A stretch of DNA of 64,000 bases from Escherichia phage vB_Eco_F26: the sequence record OP870145.1; one strand, 5' to 3'. The notes below the pieces were generated by a model. It was not told the DNA's origin, did not search any database, and was given only the letters and a program-made list of their open reading frames with translations. This document shows, in pieces, positions 40,831-51,227 of the stretch. The translations under genes were made by a program, and so were the position numbers. Numbering within the stretch: position 1 is the stretch's first letter; each line of letters starts with the position of its first letter.

Positions 40831-41073
40831 TTAAACAGACTTTTTCACAATTTTCCAATCAGCTTTAAACTGTTCAACGTCAGAATGGTAAATCCAGAAT
40901 CCTGCGCTTTCTCCGTCTTCATAAAGAGGGCATCCATCGCATTCATCTTCCCATCCCATATCACGTAAAAGATGTTCAGCTTTTTCAACAAGTTCAGAAT
41001 CTTTACCGATGATATTAAAATACCATTTACCTCTAACTTCTGAATCTTTGATGCTTTGGCGTTGTAATCTCAT
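40831..41073 (-). CDS. hypothetical protein
   Basis: 80 aa ORF preceded by early promoter and SD AAGGAG. Confidence 0.45.
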   Translation of the reverse strand: MRLQRQSIKDSEVRGKWYFNIIGKDSELVEKAEHLLRDMGWEDECDGCPLYEDGESAGFWIYHSDVEQFKADWKIVKKSV

Positions 41074-41097
41074 TTTATTCTCCTTAGTTGATAGGGT

Positions 41098-41128
41098 AAT
41101 AGTATCACACTACTACCCTGATGTAAAC
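41098..41128 (-). promoter_or_regulatory. early promoter (GTTTAC -35)
   Basis: minus strand GTTTACatcagggtagtagtgtgATACTATTAC. Confidence 0.45.
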
Positions 41129-41130
41129 AA

Positions 41131-41391
41131 TTATTTTTGAATTTTATCGAGCCACTTACCAAGCTTAATCATTTCTTTAGTAGCCTTTTCCATACTTCTG
41201 AACTTAACCAATAGAGGATAGGTATCAACACCCATAACTAAACTGGTTACAAGACTGTGTTCACCCACAAGCCATAACGAATACGTTTGAATATCGAGCC
41301 CGTAATTTCTGTCTTTATGGACCCGTACACCCATCACTTCAAATTTCTCACTAGCTTTTTCTACCGCATCCAGGAAATCATCTTTAGTCAT
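41131..41391 (-). CDS. hypothetical protein
   Basis: Start placed at internal ATG one nt after upstream stop. Confidence 0.4.
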   Translation of the reverse strand: MTKDDFLDAVEKASEKFEVMGVRVHKDRNYGLDIQTYSLWLVGEHSLVTSLVMGVDTYPLLVKFRSMEKATKEMIKLGKWLDKIQK

Positions 41392-41392
41392 A

Positions 41393-41779
41393 TTAGGCCT
41401 TAAAAGTTTTTCGCAAAAGTTCAATGATTTCATCTACATTGTTTTCGTCAACAATGCAGTGAATTTTTGTTACGCCAGAAACTATACCTTCATTAGCGGA
41501 TTGAGGCTTTTCTAAAGTTACCTCAGTAAAGTATTTGAATTCTTCAGAGTAAATCTCAAAATACGTCTCAAGTGGGCCACCCGCCATGTATTCAGTGCCA
41601 TCTTCCATAGTTACACGTACCACGCATTCACCAGCACAATCATCACTTTCCATTTCATCTACAACAAAACTAGGTCCGTGCTTCTCTATTAAATTTAGCA
41701 TCATTACATTGCAACGACACTCGTTAGCAAAGTCATTTTTAAATAAAGGGTTAATGATATAAGTTTTTCCAACTTCCAT
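41393..41779 (-). CDS. hypothetical protein
   Basis: 128 aa ORF. Confidence 0.4.
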   Translation of the reverse strand: MEVGKTYIINPLFKNDFANECRCNVMMLNLIEKHGPSFVVDEMESDDCAGECVVRVTMEDGTEYMAGGPLETYFEIYSEEFKYFTEVTLEKPQSANEGIVSGVTKIHCIVDENNVDEIIELLRKTFKA

Positions 41780-41825
41780 TTTGATTTCCTCATTTTAACG
41801 GGGCTATCAAATAGCCCCTTGATAA

Positions 41826-42053
41826 TTATTGTTCAATCAGTCCCATGTAAAATTCTGCGTCTTCAGAATCCATGCCATCACAATATTCATTAGCCATAAA
41901 ACGGGTGAGGTCTTCAAGAGGACCTTCAATAACGATTTGAATACTCCAAAACTTAGAATCTTGCACGCTTGTGATACTAAGTTCAGGATAACGATTACGA
42001 ATAATTTCTTCAATATATTCAAAATCAACGATGTCAATATCAACTTTAGCCAT
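41826..42053 (-). CDS. hypothetical protein
   Basis: Start at MAKVDIDIV with SD AAAGAGGAA; downstream of early promoter. Confidence 0.45.
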   Translation of the reverse strand: MAKVDIDIVDFEYIEEIIRNRYPELSITSVQDSKFWSIQIVIEGPLEDLTRFMANEYCDGMDSEDAEFYMGLIEQ

Positions 42054-42092
42054 ATTATTTTCCTCTTTAACTATCAGCAGTATTGCCGATAG

Positions 42093-42125
42093 TTGTATAG
42101 TACCATGGAAGGACAAGGATGTAAA
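42093..42125 (-). promoter_or_regulatory. early promoter with A-rich UP-like element
   Basis: minus strand aaaaattttttcacaaaacgGTTTACatccttgtccttccatgGTACTATAC. Confidence 0.45.
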
Positions 42126-42156
42126 CCGTTTTGTGAAAAAATTTTTGAAATAAAAA

Positions 42157-42175
42157 AGGGGACCTCTAGGGTCCC
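42157..42175 (-). terminator. terminator hairpin downstream of gene 32
   Basis: ggggaccctagaggtcccc followed by tttttt on minus strand. Confidence 0.55.
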
Positions 42176-42198
42176 CAATTAATTAGTAATATAATCTA

Positions 42199-43107
42199 TT
42201 AAAGGTCATTCAAAAGGTCATCCAGGTCCGTGTCATCAGCACTAGATGAACTGCCAGAGCTTGAGCTCATAAAATCATCTTCAGTTTTTGTATTGAAGTC
42301 ATCAACATTGAATGCATCCAAATCATCAGCAACTTTATCAGCTTTCTTAGCAGCAGTCGCTGCGGCACCACCCATAGCAGCAGTTCCCATAACTTGACTG
42401 AACTTAGTGCTCAGTTCTTCAAACGATTTGAATTTATCTTTAGAAGTCATTTCAGAAAGGTCAACCATTTGTTCGAACAGTTCTTTCTGGAAAGATTCAT
42501 CATCAATGTTTGGAATCGCAGATTGATTCAGGAATTTAGATTCATCGTAGTTACTAAATCCAGAAACTTGTTTAACTTTCAGTACAAAGTTAGCACCTTC
42601 CCACGGACAAGTTACATCAACCGGAGTTTCACCCATTTCAACATCAACCGCAATCATTGCATTGATTTTATCCCAGATTTTCTTACCGAAACGGTATTTA
42701 AATACTTTACCTTCGTTTTCTGGAGCAGCCGGGTCTTTTACTACAAGAATGTTAGCCCAGTAAGAAGTTTTACGTTTAACAAGACTGTACTCTTTATTGT
42801 CAGTGTTGTACAGATCATTTTTACTGATGTATTGACATACTGGGCAAGAATCGTAATCACCGTGGGTAGATGAACATGTTTCAATATACCATTTACCATT
42901 TTTCTTGAAACCGTGATTTACAAGAATTGCGAATGGTGCTTGTTCATCATTTTTAGACGGAAGAAAACGAATTACTGCTTGACCGTTACCCGCATTGTCG
43001 AGTTTCAGTTTCCACTCGCCTTTATCTTCAGAAGAAAAACCACCTTTATTTCCAGCCAGTTTAGCCATTTGTGCAGCGAGTTCAGCAGTAGATTTACGTT
43101 TAAACAT
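42199..43107 (-). CDS. 32: single-stranded DNA-binding protein gp32
   Basis: 302 aa; zinc site ...[14 protein letters not shown]; acidic Ser/Asp-rich C-terminus. Confidence 0.9.
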
Positions 43108-43206
43108 TTTTATTTCCTTTTTAATTTAATTAACAGTTGGTGCTATGACGATGTATGACCTCATAGCTGGTCAGTGAGATAATTATAATCTATTTATAAT
43201 AAGCAA

Positions 43207-43860
43207 TTAATACTTGCAGGATTTCACAGTTTCAATGAAAACATTTTTAGCTTTCTGTGAATCAATATTTAAAATTTTTCTATAAGCCTTTAACTTTATA
43301 GAATAATTATTCCAGACTAAATTATCAGTCTGTTCATCATGTTTATCAATTATATTTAAAAATGAATCAAGCAAGATAAACGTTTCAAACGAAATTATGT
43401 TCGATTGCAGAAGTTTAAAAATATAACTTGACTGAACTTTTGGATTATACTCAAAAATTTCTTTAAAAGCAGAAACTTCAACTTTTTTACTAAAATAATA
43501 AATGTTGCGAATATCTTCTTCAAACTTAAATTTAATTTGCTTTAAGCGTCCGATATATTCACGATAAAACACAAGTGCATCAGCGTCAGAGATGTCACCA
43601 ATCCAAGCATCTTGGTTAGCAACCAAATTGCTTATAAAGATTAAAGCAAGTTCCTTTAATTTATATTTTTCTGATAACTTCTGGAAAAAATACTTATCCC
43701 TTCGCTTTTGATAAGCGGCATCAGACACCCGCATGCACCAATTATACTTAATTACATCATACTTTCCATTCATATGTTGTTTTATCATTAAGTATAATTT
43801 ATAAACTGACTTACCATCAATGTATCTTTCACCACCAGCAGGCATGCGGAGTTTAATCAT
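43207..43860 (-). CDS. 59: helicase loader gp59
   Basis: 217 aa; T4 synteny. Confidence 0.9.
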   Translation of the reverse strand: MIKLRMPAGGERYIDGKSVYKLYLMIKQHMNGKYDVIKYNWCMRVSDAAYQKRRDKYFFQKLSEKYKLKELALIFISNLVANQDAWIGDISDADALVFYREYIGRLKQIKFKFEEDIRNIYYFSKKVEVSAFKEIFEYNPKVQSSYIFKLLQSNIISFETFILLDSFLNIIDKHDEQTDNLVWNNYSIKLKAYRKILNIDSQKAKNVFIETVKSCKY

Positions 43861-44204
43861 AGTAGAAAATCTAATGTATTAGTTTTTTCACAACGAACAA
43901 CAGAAGGACGCAAAAGATTTTCGTCAATAGCTTCTGATTGAATTTTTTCAATTATACCCGAAGGAATAAATTTAGCAAATTGAGTTTCAGGAATAGAATT
44001 TTCTTCTAAGAACGCTGTTGTAGCTTCAAGATAACTCATTCCAAACTCTTCTACCATTTTTTCAATGATAAATCCATTTTCTTGTCGATCAAGAAGCTTT
44101 GCTATTTCATCCTTTTCTTTCTTAATTGAAAGTTCTTTTTCTGAAAGACCGGTCTCATCGACCGGACGAATATCATTTAGAGAAAACTGTGTCATAAAGT
44201 TCAA
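43857..44204 (-). CDS. 33: late transcription accessory protein gp33
   Basis: 115 aa acidic protein between dsbA and 59. Confidence 0.8.
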   Translation of the reverse strand: MNFMTQFSLNDIRPVDETGLSEKELSIKKEKDEIAKLLDRQENGFIIEKMVEEFGMSYLEATTAFLEENSIPETQFAKFIPSGIIEKIQSEAIDENLLRPSVVRCEKTNTLDFLL

Positions 44205-44442
44205 CTACCTCTTCAGTTTCAGCTTCAAACACATCACGATTATCTTTATGATACAAAGCTAATAGACGATTAAACATCTTACCATCAACACCAAGTTCAT
44301 CTTTGGCACGAATTCGAATATCTTTAATCAGTTCATTATAACCGGAAATTTTCAGTTTATGATCAGATGCTTCTTTAATAAATTTAGCCAAGTCTTCGCC
44401 ATGGATAGCTTCATCAAATTCAACCATTTCTTTTTTAGCCAT
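44173..44442 (-). CDS. dsbA: double-stranded DNA-binding protein DsbA
   Basis: 89 aa; T4 synteny. Confidence 0.8.
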   Translation of the reverse strand: MAKKEMVEFDEAIHGEDLAKFIKEASDHKLKISGYNELIKDIRIRAKDELGVDGKMFNRLLALYHKDNRDVFEAETEEVVELYDTVFSK

Positions 44443-44450
44443 TATTCACC

Positions 44451-45368
44451 TCAAAATTCATTAATGCTATTAGTTAATTTAGAAAGACCCGCTTTTACAA
44501 AATATGAATAAATTTTGCCACGCGGTGGTAATTTATATGAATTATAGTAATTCACAATGTTTGAAGCAATATTATCAGGAATATAATCAAAATCAATTAG
44601 AACTAAATTTTCTTTATAACGATTATATTCATATTCTGTGAGAAGCACCTTAGCTTGCTCACGGTCATTAGCAATAGCTTCAACGATTGAAGTTTTCATT
44701 GAAGGAGTTCGTTCACCTTCAACTCTGGTAAACCAAAAGTCAGATCGTACTTTAACTGAAGCAACGTTATCCTTTTTGTCACCTTTAAGGATTTTAGTCA
44801 TACAGTCAATTTCAGCAGAACCGCTTTTAATTTTAACCCATTTCTTGTGCATCGGTGACCATTGCTTAACATTTGGATATTTGTGAAGCTGTGTAAAGTC
44901 ACCATCCGATGAAATGATTAAAATCTTGTGTCCTTCTAAAGAGAACTTTTTAACAAGAACAGCAATGTGGTCATCTGCTTCATACTTATCAATATCCATA
45001 ACAATGTATGGCATATAAGCTTTCAATTCATCTATAACTTTATGGCTAGATTCAAAATAACCTTCCCAGTCCCAAGTAGATTCTTCTCGTGCTTTTCCAC
45101 GGTTTTTCTTATAATAATAAGCGAAATCACGACGCCAGTATCCAGATTTCGCGTTATCAATACACAGTACAATTTTAGTGTATCCAAGCGTTTTTGCTTT
45201 TTTGACATTAAACTTAATTGAGTTCAATATCAAATGACGAACCATTGATAAATTAATTTTTTCTTTATCTGGGAAGTTTACTAAAGCAGTTGAAAGCGCG
45301 ATTTGACTAAAGTCAATAAAGCAAATTCCTTCTTTGTAATCTTCATCCAGCATCATTTCTAAATCCAT
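44451..45368 (-). CDS. rnh: RNase H (5'-3' exonuclease, FEN-like)
   Basis: 305 aa from ATG MDLEMM (tracker has 5 extra codons); acidic catalytic residues. Confidence 0.85.
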   Translation of the reverse strand: MDLEMMLDEDYKEGICFIDFSQIALSTALVNFPDKEKINLSMVRHLILNSIKFNVKKAKTLGYTKIVLCIDNAKSGYWRRDFAYYYKKNRGKAREESTWDWEGYFESSHKVIDELKAYMPYIVMDIDKYEADDHIAVLVKKFSLEGHKILIISSDGDFTQLHKYPNVKQWSPMHKKWVKIKSGSAEIDCMTKILKGDKKDNVASVKVRSDFWFTRVEGERTPSMKTSIVEAIANDREQAKVLLTEYEYNRYKENLVLIDFDYIPDNIASNIVNYYNSYKLPPRGKIYSYFVKAGLSKLTNSINEF

Positions 45369-45430
45369 ATGAACCTCGTTCAATTAGTGAGATTTCTATT
45401 ATATACCATCCGAATCTTAAAGTAAACAAG

Positions 45431-45438
45431 TATAAATA
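45431..45438 (+). promoter_or_regulatory. late promoter TATAAATA upstream of gene 34
   Basis: exact TATAAATA 35 nt upstream of ATG. Confidence 0.55.
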
Positions 45439-45472
45439 CTTATTATTGAAAACACAATAGGAGCCCGGGAGA

Positions 45473-48400
45473 ATGGCCGAGATTAAAAGAAAGTTCAGAG
45501 CAGAAGATGGTCTGGACGCAGGTGGTGATAAAATAATCAACGTAGCTTTAGCTGATCGTACCGTAGGAACTGACGGTGTTAACGTTGATTACTTAATTCA
45601 AGAAAACACAGTTCAACAATATGATCCAACTCGTGGATATTTAAAAGATTTTGTAATCATTTATGATAACCGCTTTTGGGCTGCTATAAATGATATTCCA
45701 AAACCAGCAGGAGCTTTTAATAGCGGACGCTGGAGAGCATTACGTACCGATGCTAACTGGATTACAGTCTCATCTGGTTCATATCAATTAAAATCTGGTG
45801 AAGCTATTTCGGTTAACACTGCAGCTGGTAATGATATTACATTTACTTTACCATCTACCCCAATTGATGGTGATACTATCGTTCTCCAAGACATTGGAGG
45901 AAAACCTGGAGTTAACCAAGTTTTAATTGTAGCTCCAGTGCAAAGTATTGTAAACTTCAGAGGTGAACAAGTACGTTCAGTACTAATGACTCATCCAAAG
46001 TCACAGCTAGTTTTAATTTTTAGTAATCGTCTGTGGCAAATGTATGTTGCTGATTATAGTAGAGAAGCTATAGTTGTAACGCCTGCGAGTCTCTATCAGG
46101 CGCAATCAAACGATTTTATCGTACGTAGATTTACTTCTGCTGCACCAATTAATGTCAAACTTCCAAGATTTGCTAATCATGGCGATATTATTAATTTCGT
46201 CGATTTAGATAAACTAAATCCACTTTATCATACAATTGTTACTACATACGATGAAACGACTTCAATACAAGAAGTTGGAACTCATTCTATTGAAGGCCGT
46301 ACATCAATCGACGGTTTCTTGATGTTTGATGATAATGAGAAATTGTGGAGATTGTTTGACGGGGATAGTAAAGCGCGTTTACGTATTATAACAACTAATT
46401 CTAATATTCGTCCAAATGAAGAAGTTATGGTATTTGGTGCGAATAACGGAACAGCTCAGACAATTGAGCTTCAGCTTCCGACTGATATTTCTGTTGGTGA
46501 TACTGTTAAAATTTCCATGAATTACATGAGAAAAGGACAAACAGTTAAAATCAAAGCTGCCGGTGAAGATAAAATTGCTTCTTCAGTTCAATTACTGCAA
46601 TTCCCAAAACGCTCAGAATATCCGCCTGAAACTAAATGGGTAACTGTCCAAGAATTAGTTTTTAATGGTGAAACTAATTATGTTCCAGTTTTGGAGCTTG
46701 CTTATATAGAAGATTCTGATGGAAAATACTGGGTTGTACAACAAAACGTTCCAACTGTAGAAAGAGTAGATTCTTTAAATGATTCTACTAGAGCAAGATT
46801 AGGCGTAATTGCTTTAGCTACACAAGCTCAAGCTAACGTCGATTTAGAAAATTCTCCACAAAAAGAATTAGCAATTACTCCAGAAACATTAGCTAACCGT
46901 ACTGCTACTGAAACTCGTAGAGGTATTGCAAGAATAGCAACTACTGCTCAAGTGAACCAGGATACTACATTCTCTTTTGCTGATGATATTATCATCACTC
47001 CTAAAAAGCTGAATGAAAGAACTGCTACAGAAACTCGTAGAGGTGTCGCAGAAATTGCTACGCAGCAAGAAACAAACGCAGGTACTGATGATACTACAAT
47101 CATCACTCCTAAAAAGCTTCAAGCTCGTCAAGGTTCTGAATCATTATCTGGTATTGTAACTTTTGTATCTACTGCAGGTGCTACTCCGGCTTCTAGCCGT
47201 GAATTAAATGGTACGAATGTTTATAATAAAAACACTAATAATTTAGTTGTTTCACCTAAAGCTTTGGATCAGTATAAAGCTACGCCTACTCAACAGGGTG
47301 CAGTAATTTTAGCAGTTGAAAGTGAAGTAATTGCTGGACAAAGTCAGCAAGGATGGGCAAATGCTGTTGTAACGCCAGAAACGTTACATAAAAAGACATC
47401 AACTGATGGAAGAATTGGTTTAATTGAAATTGCTACGCAAAGTGAAGTTAATACAGGAACTGATTATACTCGTGCAGTCACTCCTAAAACTTTAAATGAC
47501 CGTAAAGCAACTGAAAGTTTAAGTGGTATAGCTGAAATTGCTACACAAGTTGAATTCGACGCAGGCGTCGACGATACTCGTATCTCTACACCATTAAAAA
47601 TTAAAACCAGATTTAATAGTACTGATCGTACTTCTGTTGTTGCTCTATCTGGATTAGTTGAATCAGGAACTCTCTGGGACCATTATACCCTTAATATTCT
47701 TGAAGCAAATGAGACACAGCGTGGTACACTTCGTGTAGCTACACAAGTTGAAGCTGCTGCAGGAACATTAGATAATGTTTTAATAACTCCTAAAAAGCTT
47801 TTAGGTACTAAATCTACCGAATCGCAGGAAGGTGTTATTAAAGTTGCAACTCAGTCTGAAACTGTAACTGGAACGTCAGCAAATACTGCTGTATCTCCAA
47901 AAAATTTAAAATGGATTGTGCAGAGTGAACCTACTTGGGCAGCTACTACTGCGATAAGAGGTTTTGTTAAAACTTCATCCGGTTCAATTACATTCGTTGG
48001 TAATGATACAGTTGGTTCTACACAGAGCTTAGAGCTATACGAGAAAAATAGCTATGCAGTATCACCGTACGAATTAAACCGTGTATTAGCAAATTATTTG
48101 CCGTTAAAAGCAAAAGCCGCTGACGCGAATTTATTAGATGGTCTAGATTCATCCCAGTTCATTCGTAGGGATATTGCACAGACGGTTAATGGTTCACTAA
48201 CCTTAACCCAACAAACGAATCTAAGTGCCCCTCTTGTATCATCTAGTACTGCTACGTTTGGTGGATCAGTTTCGGCAAATAGTACATTAACTATTTCTAA
48301 TACTGGAACGGCAACTCGTCTGATTTTTGAGAAAGGACCTCAAACTGGAACTAACCCAGTACAGACGATGACTATCAGAGTTTGGGGAAATCAGTTTGGT

Positions 48401-49342
48401 GGCGGTTCAGATACAACACGTTCTACTGTATTTGAAGTTGGTGATGAAACGTCTAATCACTTTTATTCTCAACGTAATAAAGCTGGGAATATAACGTTTA
48501 GTATCAATGGTACTGTAATGCCGATAAATGTTAACGCTTCAGGTTCTTTGAATGCGAATGGCGTTGCAACATTCGGTCGTTCAGTTACTGCTAATGGTGA
48601 ATTCATCAGCAAGTCTGCAAATGCTTTTAGAGCAATAAGTGGTAATTATGGATTCTTTATTCGCAATGATGCTGCTAACACCTATTTTATGCTCACTGCA
48701 TCGGGTGATCAGACTGGCGGATTTAATGGATTACGTCCTTTAGCTATTAATAATGCATCTGGTCAAGTAACGATTGGTGAAAGCTTAATCATTGCCAAAG
48801 GTGCTACTATAAATTCAGGTGGTTTAACTGTTAACTCGAGAATTCGTTCTCAGGGCACTAAAACATCTGACTTATATACCCGTGCGCCAACATCTGATAC
48901 CGTAGGATTCTGGTCAATTGACATTAATGATTCAGCTACTTATAATCAGTTCCCAGGTTATTTTAAAATGGTTGAAAAAACTAATGAAGTGACTGGACTT
49001 CCATACTTAGAACGTGGTGAAGAAGTTAAATCTCCTGGTACATTGACTCAGTTTGGTAACACACTTGATTCGCTTTACCAAGATTGGATTACTTATCCAA
49101 CGACTCCAGAAGCGCGTACCACTCGCTGGACACGCACATGGCAGAAAACCAAAAACTCCTGGTCAAGTTTTGTTCAGGTATTTGATGGAGGTAACCCTCC
49201 TCAACCGTCTGATATCGGTGCTTTACCATCTGATAATGCTACAATGGGGAATCTTACTATTCGTGATTTCTTACGAATTGGTAATGTTCGCATTATTCCT
49301 GACCCAGTGAATAAAACGGTTAAATTTGAATGGGTTGAATAA
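45473..49342 (+). CDS. 34: long tail fibre proximal subunit gp34
   Basis: 1289 aa, same length as T4 gp34. Confidence 0.9.
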   Translation: MAEIKRKFRAEDGLDAGGDKIINVALADRTVGTDGVNVDYLIQENTVQQYDPTRGYLKDFVIIYDNRFWAAINDIPKPAGAFNSGRWRALRTDANWITVSSGSYQLKSGEAISVNTAAGNDITFTLPSTPIDGDTIVLQDIGGKPGVNQVLIVAPVQSIVNFRGEQVRSVLMTHPKSQLVLIFSNRLWQMYVADYSREAIVVTPASLYQAQSNDFIVRRFTSAAPINVKLPRFANHGDIINFVDLDKLNPLYHTIVTTYDETTSIQEVGTHSIEGRTSIDGFLMFDDNEKLWRLFDGDSKARLRIITTNSNIRPNEEVMVFGANNGTAQTIELQLPTDISVGDTVKISMNYMRKGQTVKIKAAGEDKIASSVQLLQFPKRSEYPPETKWVTVQELVFNGETNYVPVLELAYIEDSDGKYWVVQQNVPTVERVDSLNDSTRARLGVIALATQAQANVDLENSPQKELAITPETLANRTATETRRGIARIATTAQVNQDTTFSFADDIIITPKKLNERTATETRRGVAEIATQQETNAGTDDTTIITPKKLQARQGSESLSGIVTFVSTAGATPASSRELNGTNVYNKNTNNLVVSPKALDQYKATPTQQGAVILAVESEVIAGQSQQGWANAVVTPETLHKKTSTDGRIGLIEIATQSEVNTGTDYTRAVTPKTLNDRKATESLSGIAEIATQVEFDAGVDDTRISTPLKIKTRFNSTDRTSVVALSGLVESGTLWDHYTLNILEANETQRGTLRVATQVEAAAGTLDNVLITPKKLLGTKSTESQEGVIKVATQSETVTGTSANTAVSPKNLKWIVQSEPTWAATTAIRGFVKTSSGSITFVGNDTVGSTQSLELYEKNSYAVSPYELNRVLANYLPLKAKAADANLLDGLDSSQFIRRDIAQTVNGSLTLTQQTNLSAPLVSSSTATFGGSVSANSTLTISNTGTATRLIFEKGPQTGTNPVQTMTIRVWGNQFGGGSDTTRSTVFEVGDETSNHFYSQRNKAGNITFSINGTVMPINVNASGSLNANGVATFGRSVTANGEFISKSANAFRAISGNYGFFIRNDAANTYFMLTASGDQTGGFNGLRPLAINNASGQVTIGESLIIAKGATINSGGLTVNSRIRSQGTKTSDLYTRAPTSDTVGFWSIDINDSATYNQFPGYFKMVEKTNEVTGLPYLERGEEVKSPGTLTQFGNTLDSLYQDWITYPTTPEARTTRWTRTWQKTKNSWSSFVQVFDGGNPPQPSDIGALPSDNATMGNLTIRDFLRIGNVRIIPDPVNKTVKFEWVE

Positions 49343-49350
49343 GAGGTATT

Positions 49351-50466
49351 ATGGAAAAATTTATGGCAGAGTTTGGACAAGGATACGTCCAAACGCCATT
49401 TTTATCGGAAAGTAATTCAGTAAGATATAAAATAAGTATAGCGGGTTCTTGCCCGCTTTCTACTGCAGGACCATACGTTAAATTTCAGGATAATCCTGTC
49501 GGAAATCAAACATTTAACGCAGGTCTTCATTTAAGAGTTTTTGACCCTTCCACAGGAGCATTAGTTGATAGTAAGTCATATGCTTTTTCGACTTCAAATG
49601 ATACTACATCAGCTGCTTTTGTTAGTTTCATGAATTCTTTGGCGAATAATAGACTTGTTGCTATATTAACTAACGGAAAGGTTAATTTTCCTCCTGAAGT
49701 AGTATCTTGGCTAAGAACCGCCGGAACGTCTGCCTTTCCATCTGATTCTGTATTGTCAAGATTCGACGTATCATATGCTGCTTTTTATACTTCTTCTAAA
49801 AGAGCTATTGCATTAGAGCATGTTAAACTAAGTAATAGAAAAAGCACAGATGATTATCAAACTATTTTAGATGTTGTATTTGACAGTTTAGAAGATATTG
49901 GAGCTACCGGGTTTCCAAGAAGAACGTATGAAAGCGTTGAGCAATTTATGTCAGCGGTTGGTGGAACTAATAACGAAATTGCGCGTCTACCAACTTCAGC
50001 TGCTATAAGTAAATTATCTGATTATAATTTAATTCCTGGTGATGTTCTTTATCTTAAAGCTCAGTTATATGCTGATGCCGATTTACTTGCTCTTGGAACT
50101 ACGAATATATCCATTCGATTTTATAATGCATCAAATGGATATATTTCCTCGACACAAGCTGAATTTACTGGGCAAGCTGGGTCATGGGAATTAAAGGAAG
50201 ATTATGTAGTTGTTCCAGAAAACGCAGTAGGATTTACGATATATGCACAGAGAACTGCACAAGCTGGCCAAGGTGGCATGAGAAATTTAAGCTTTTCTGA
50301 AGTATCAAGAAACGGCGGTATTTCAAAACCTGCTGAATTTGGCGTCAACGGTATTCGTGTTAATTATATCTGTGAATCTGCTTCACCTCCGGATATAATG
50401 GTACTTCCTACGCAAGCATCGTCTAAAACTGGTAAAGTGTTTGGGCAAGAATTTAGAGAAGTATAA
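49351..50466 (+). CDS. 35: long tail fibre hinge connector gp35
   Basis: 371 aa; T4 synteny. Confidence 0.85.
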   Translation: MEKFMAEFGQGYVQTPFLSESNSVRYKISIAGSCPLSTAGPYVKFQDNPVGNQTFNAGLHLRVFDPSTGALVDSKSYAFSTSNDTTSAAFVSFMNSLANNRLVAILTNGKVNFPPEVVSWLRTAGTSAFPSDSVLSRFDVSYAAFYTSSKRAIALEHVKLSNRKSTDDYQTILDVVFDSLEDIGATGFPRRTYESVEQFMSAVGGTNNEIARLPTSAAISKLSDYNLIPGDVLYLKAQLYADADLLALGTTNISIRFYNASNGYISSTQAEFTGQAGSWELKEDYVVVPENAVGFTIYAQRTAQAGQGGMRNLSFSEVSRNGGISKPAEFGVNGIRVNYICESASPPDIMVLPTQASSKTGKVFGQEFREV

Positions 50467-50471
50467 ATTGA

Positions 50472-50490
50472 GGGAGCCTTCGGGTTTCCC
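50472..50490 (+). terminator. hairpin after gene 35
   Basis: gggagcc-ttcg-ggtttccc then ttttt. Confidence 0.45.
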
Positions 50491-50498
50491 TTTTTCTT

Positions 50499-50506
50499 TA
50501 TAAATA
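50499..50506 (+). promoter_or_regulatory. late promoter TATAAATA upstream of gene 36
   Basis: exact TATAAATA about 24 nt upstream of ATG. Confidence 0.55.
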
Positions 50507-50529
50507 CTATTAAAATAAAGGGGCATACA

Positions 50530-51219
50530 ATGGCTGATTTAAAAGTAGGTTCAACAACTGGAGGCTCTGTCATTTGGCATCAAGGAAATTTTCCATTGAA
50601 TCCGGCAGGTGACGATGTACTCTATAAATCATATAAAATATATTCAGAATATAATAAACCGCAGGCAGCTGATAACGATTTCGTTTCTAAAGCAAACGGT
50701 GGCACAGATTCTCGAGGTTTCCAAAAAGAAGTAGAATTTAAAGAAGGCGTTAAGATTTCTGCAACGTTTCCTCGCGGTTCAAACCTGAATGGGTTATATT
50801 CTGGCAATGGAGATGGAGCTTCAAGAGAAAAAGCTAACATGGATTTACGTTCATGGTACGGCATTGGTATTTGGAACTCATGCACAGGTAGTGGGATCCA
50901 GGGACGCACAATCTGGTTTAATGCCAGGCGTGGTACAGTTGAAACAGTTGGCGATATTGTTTCAGGCAAACAAGTTATTTCTAATGCTTCAGGACCGACC
51001 GGCCCAGCACACTTAACTCGCAAAGATTATGTTGATGGAGCAATAAATACTGTTACGGCAAATGCAAACTCTAGGGTGCTACGGTCTGGTGACACCATGA
51101 CAGGTAATTTAACAGCGCCAAACTTTTTCTCGCAGAATCCTGCATCTCAACCTTCACATGTTCCACGATTTGACCAAATCGTAATTAAGGATTCTGTTCA
51201 AGATTTCGGCTATTATTAA
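50530..51219 (+). CDS. 36: long tail fibre distal connector gp36
   Basis: 229 aa; T4 synteny. Confidence 0.85.
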   Translation: MADLKVGSTTGGSVIWHQGNFPLNPAGDDVLYKSYKIYSEYNKPQAADNDFVSKANGGTDSRGFQKEVEFKEGVKISATFPRGSNLNGLYSGNGDGASREKANMDLRSWYGIGIWNSCTGSGIQGRTIWFNARRGTVETVGDIVSGKQVISNASGPTGPAHLTRKDYVDGAINTVTANANSRVLRSGDTMTGNLTAPNFFSQNPASQPSHVPRFDQIVIKDSVQDFGYY

Positions 51220-51227
51220 GAGGACTT

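Noticed and set aside
46889-47131. Antisense 80-aa ORF inside gene 34, and similar antisense or short ORFs inside gp37, gp29, alt and nrdA
   Set aside because: Embedded in long conserved structural genes and low-complexity; no start signals.
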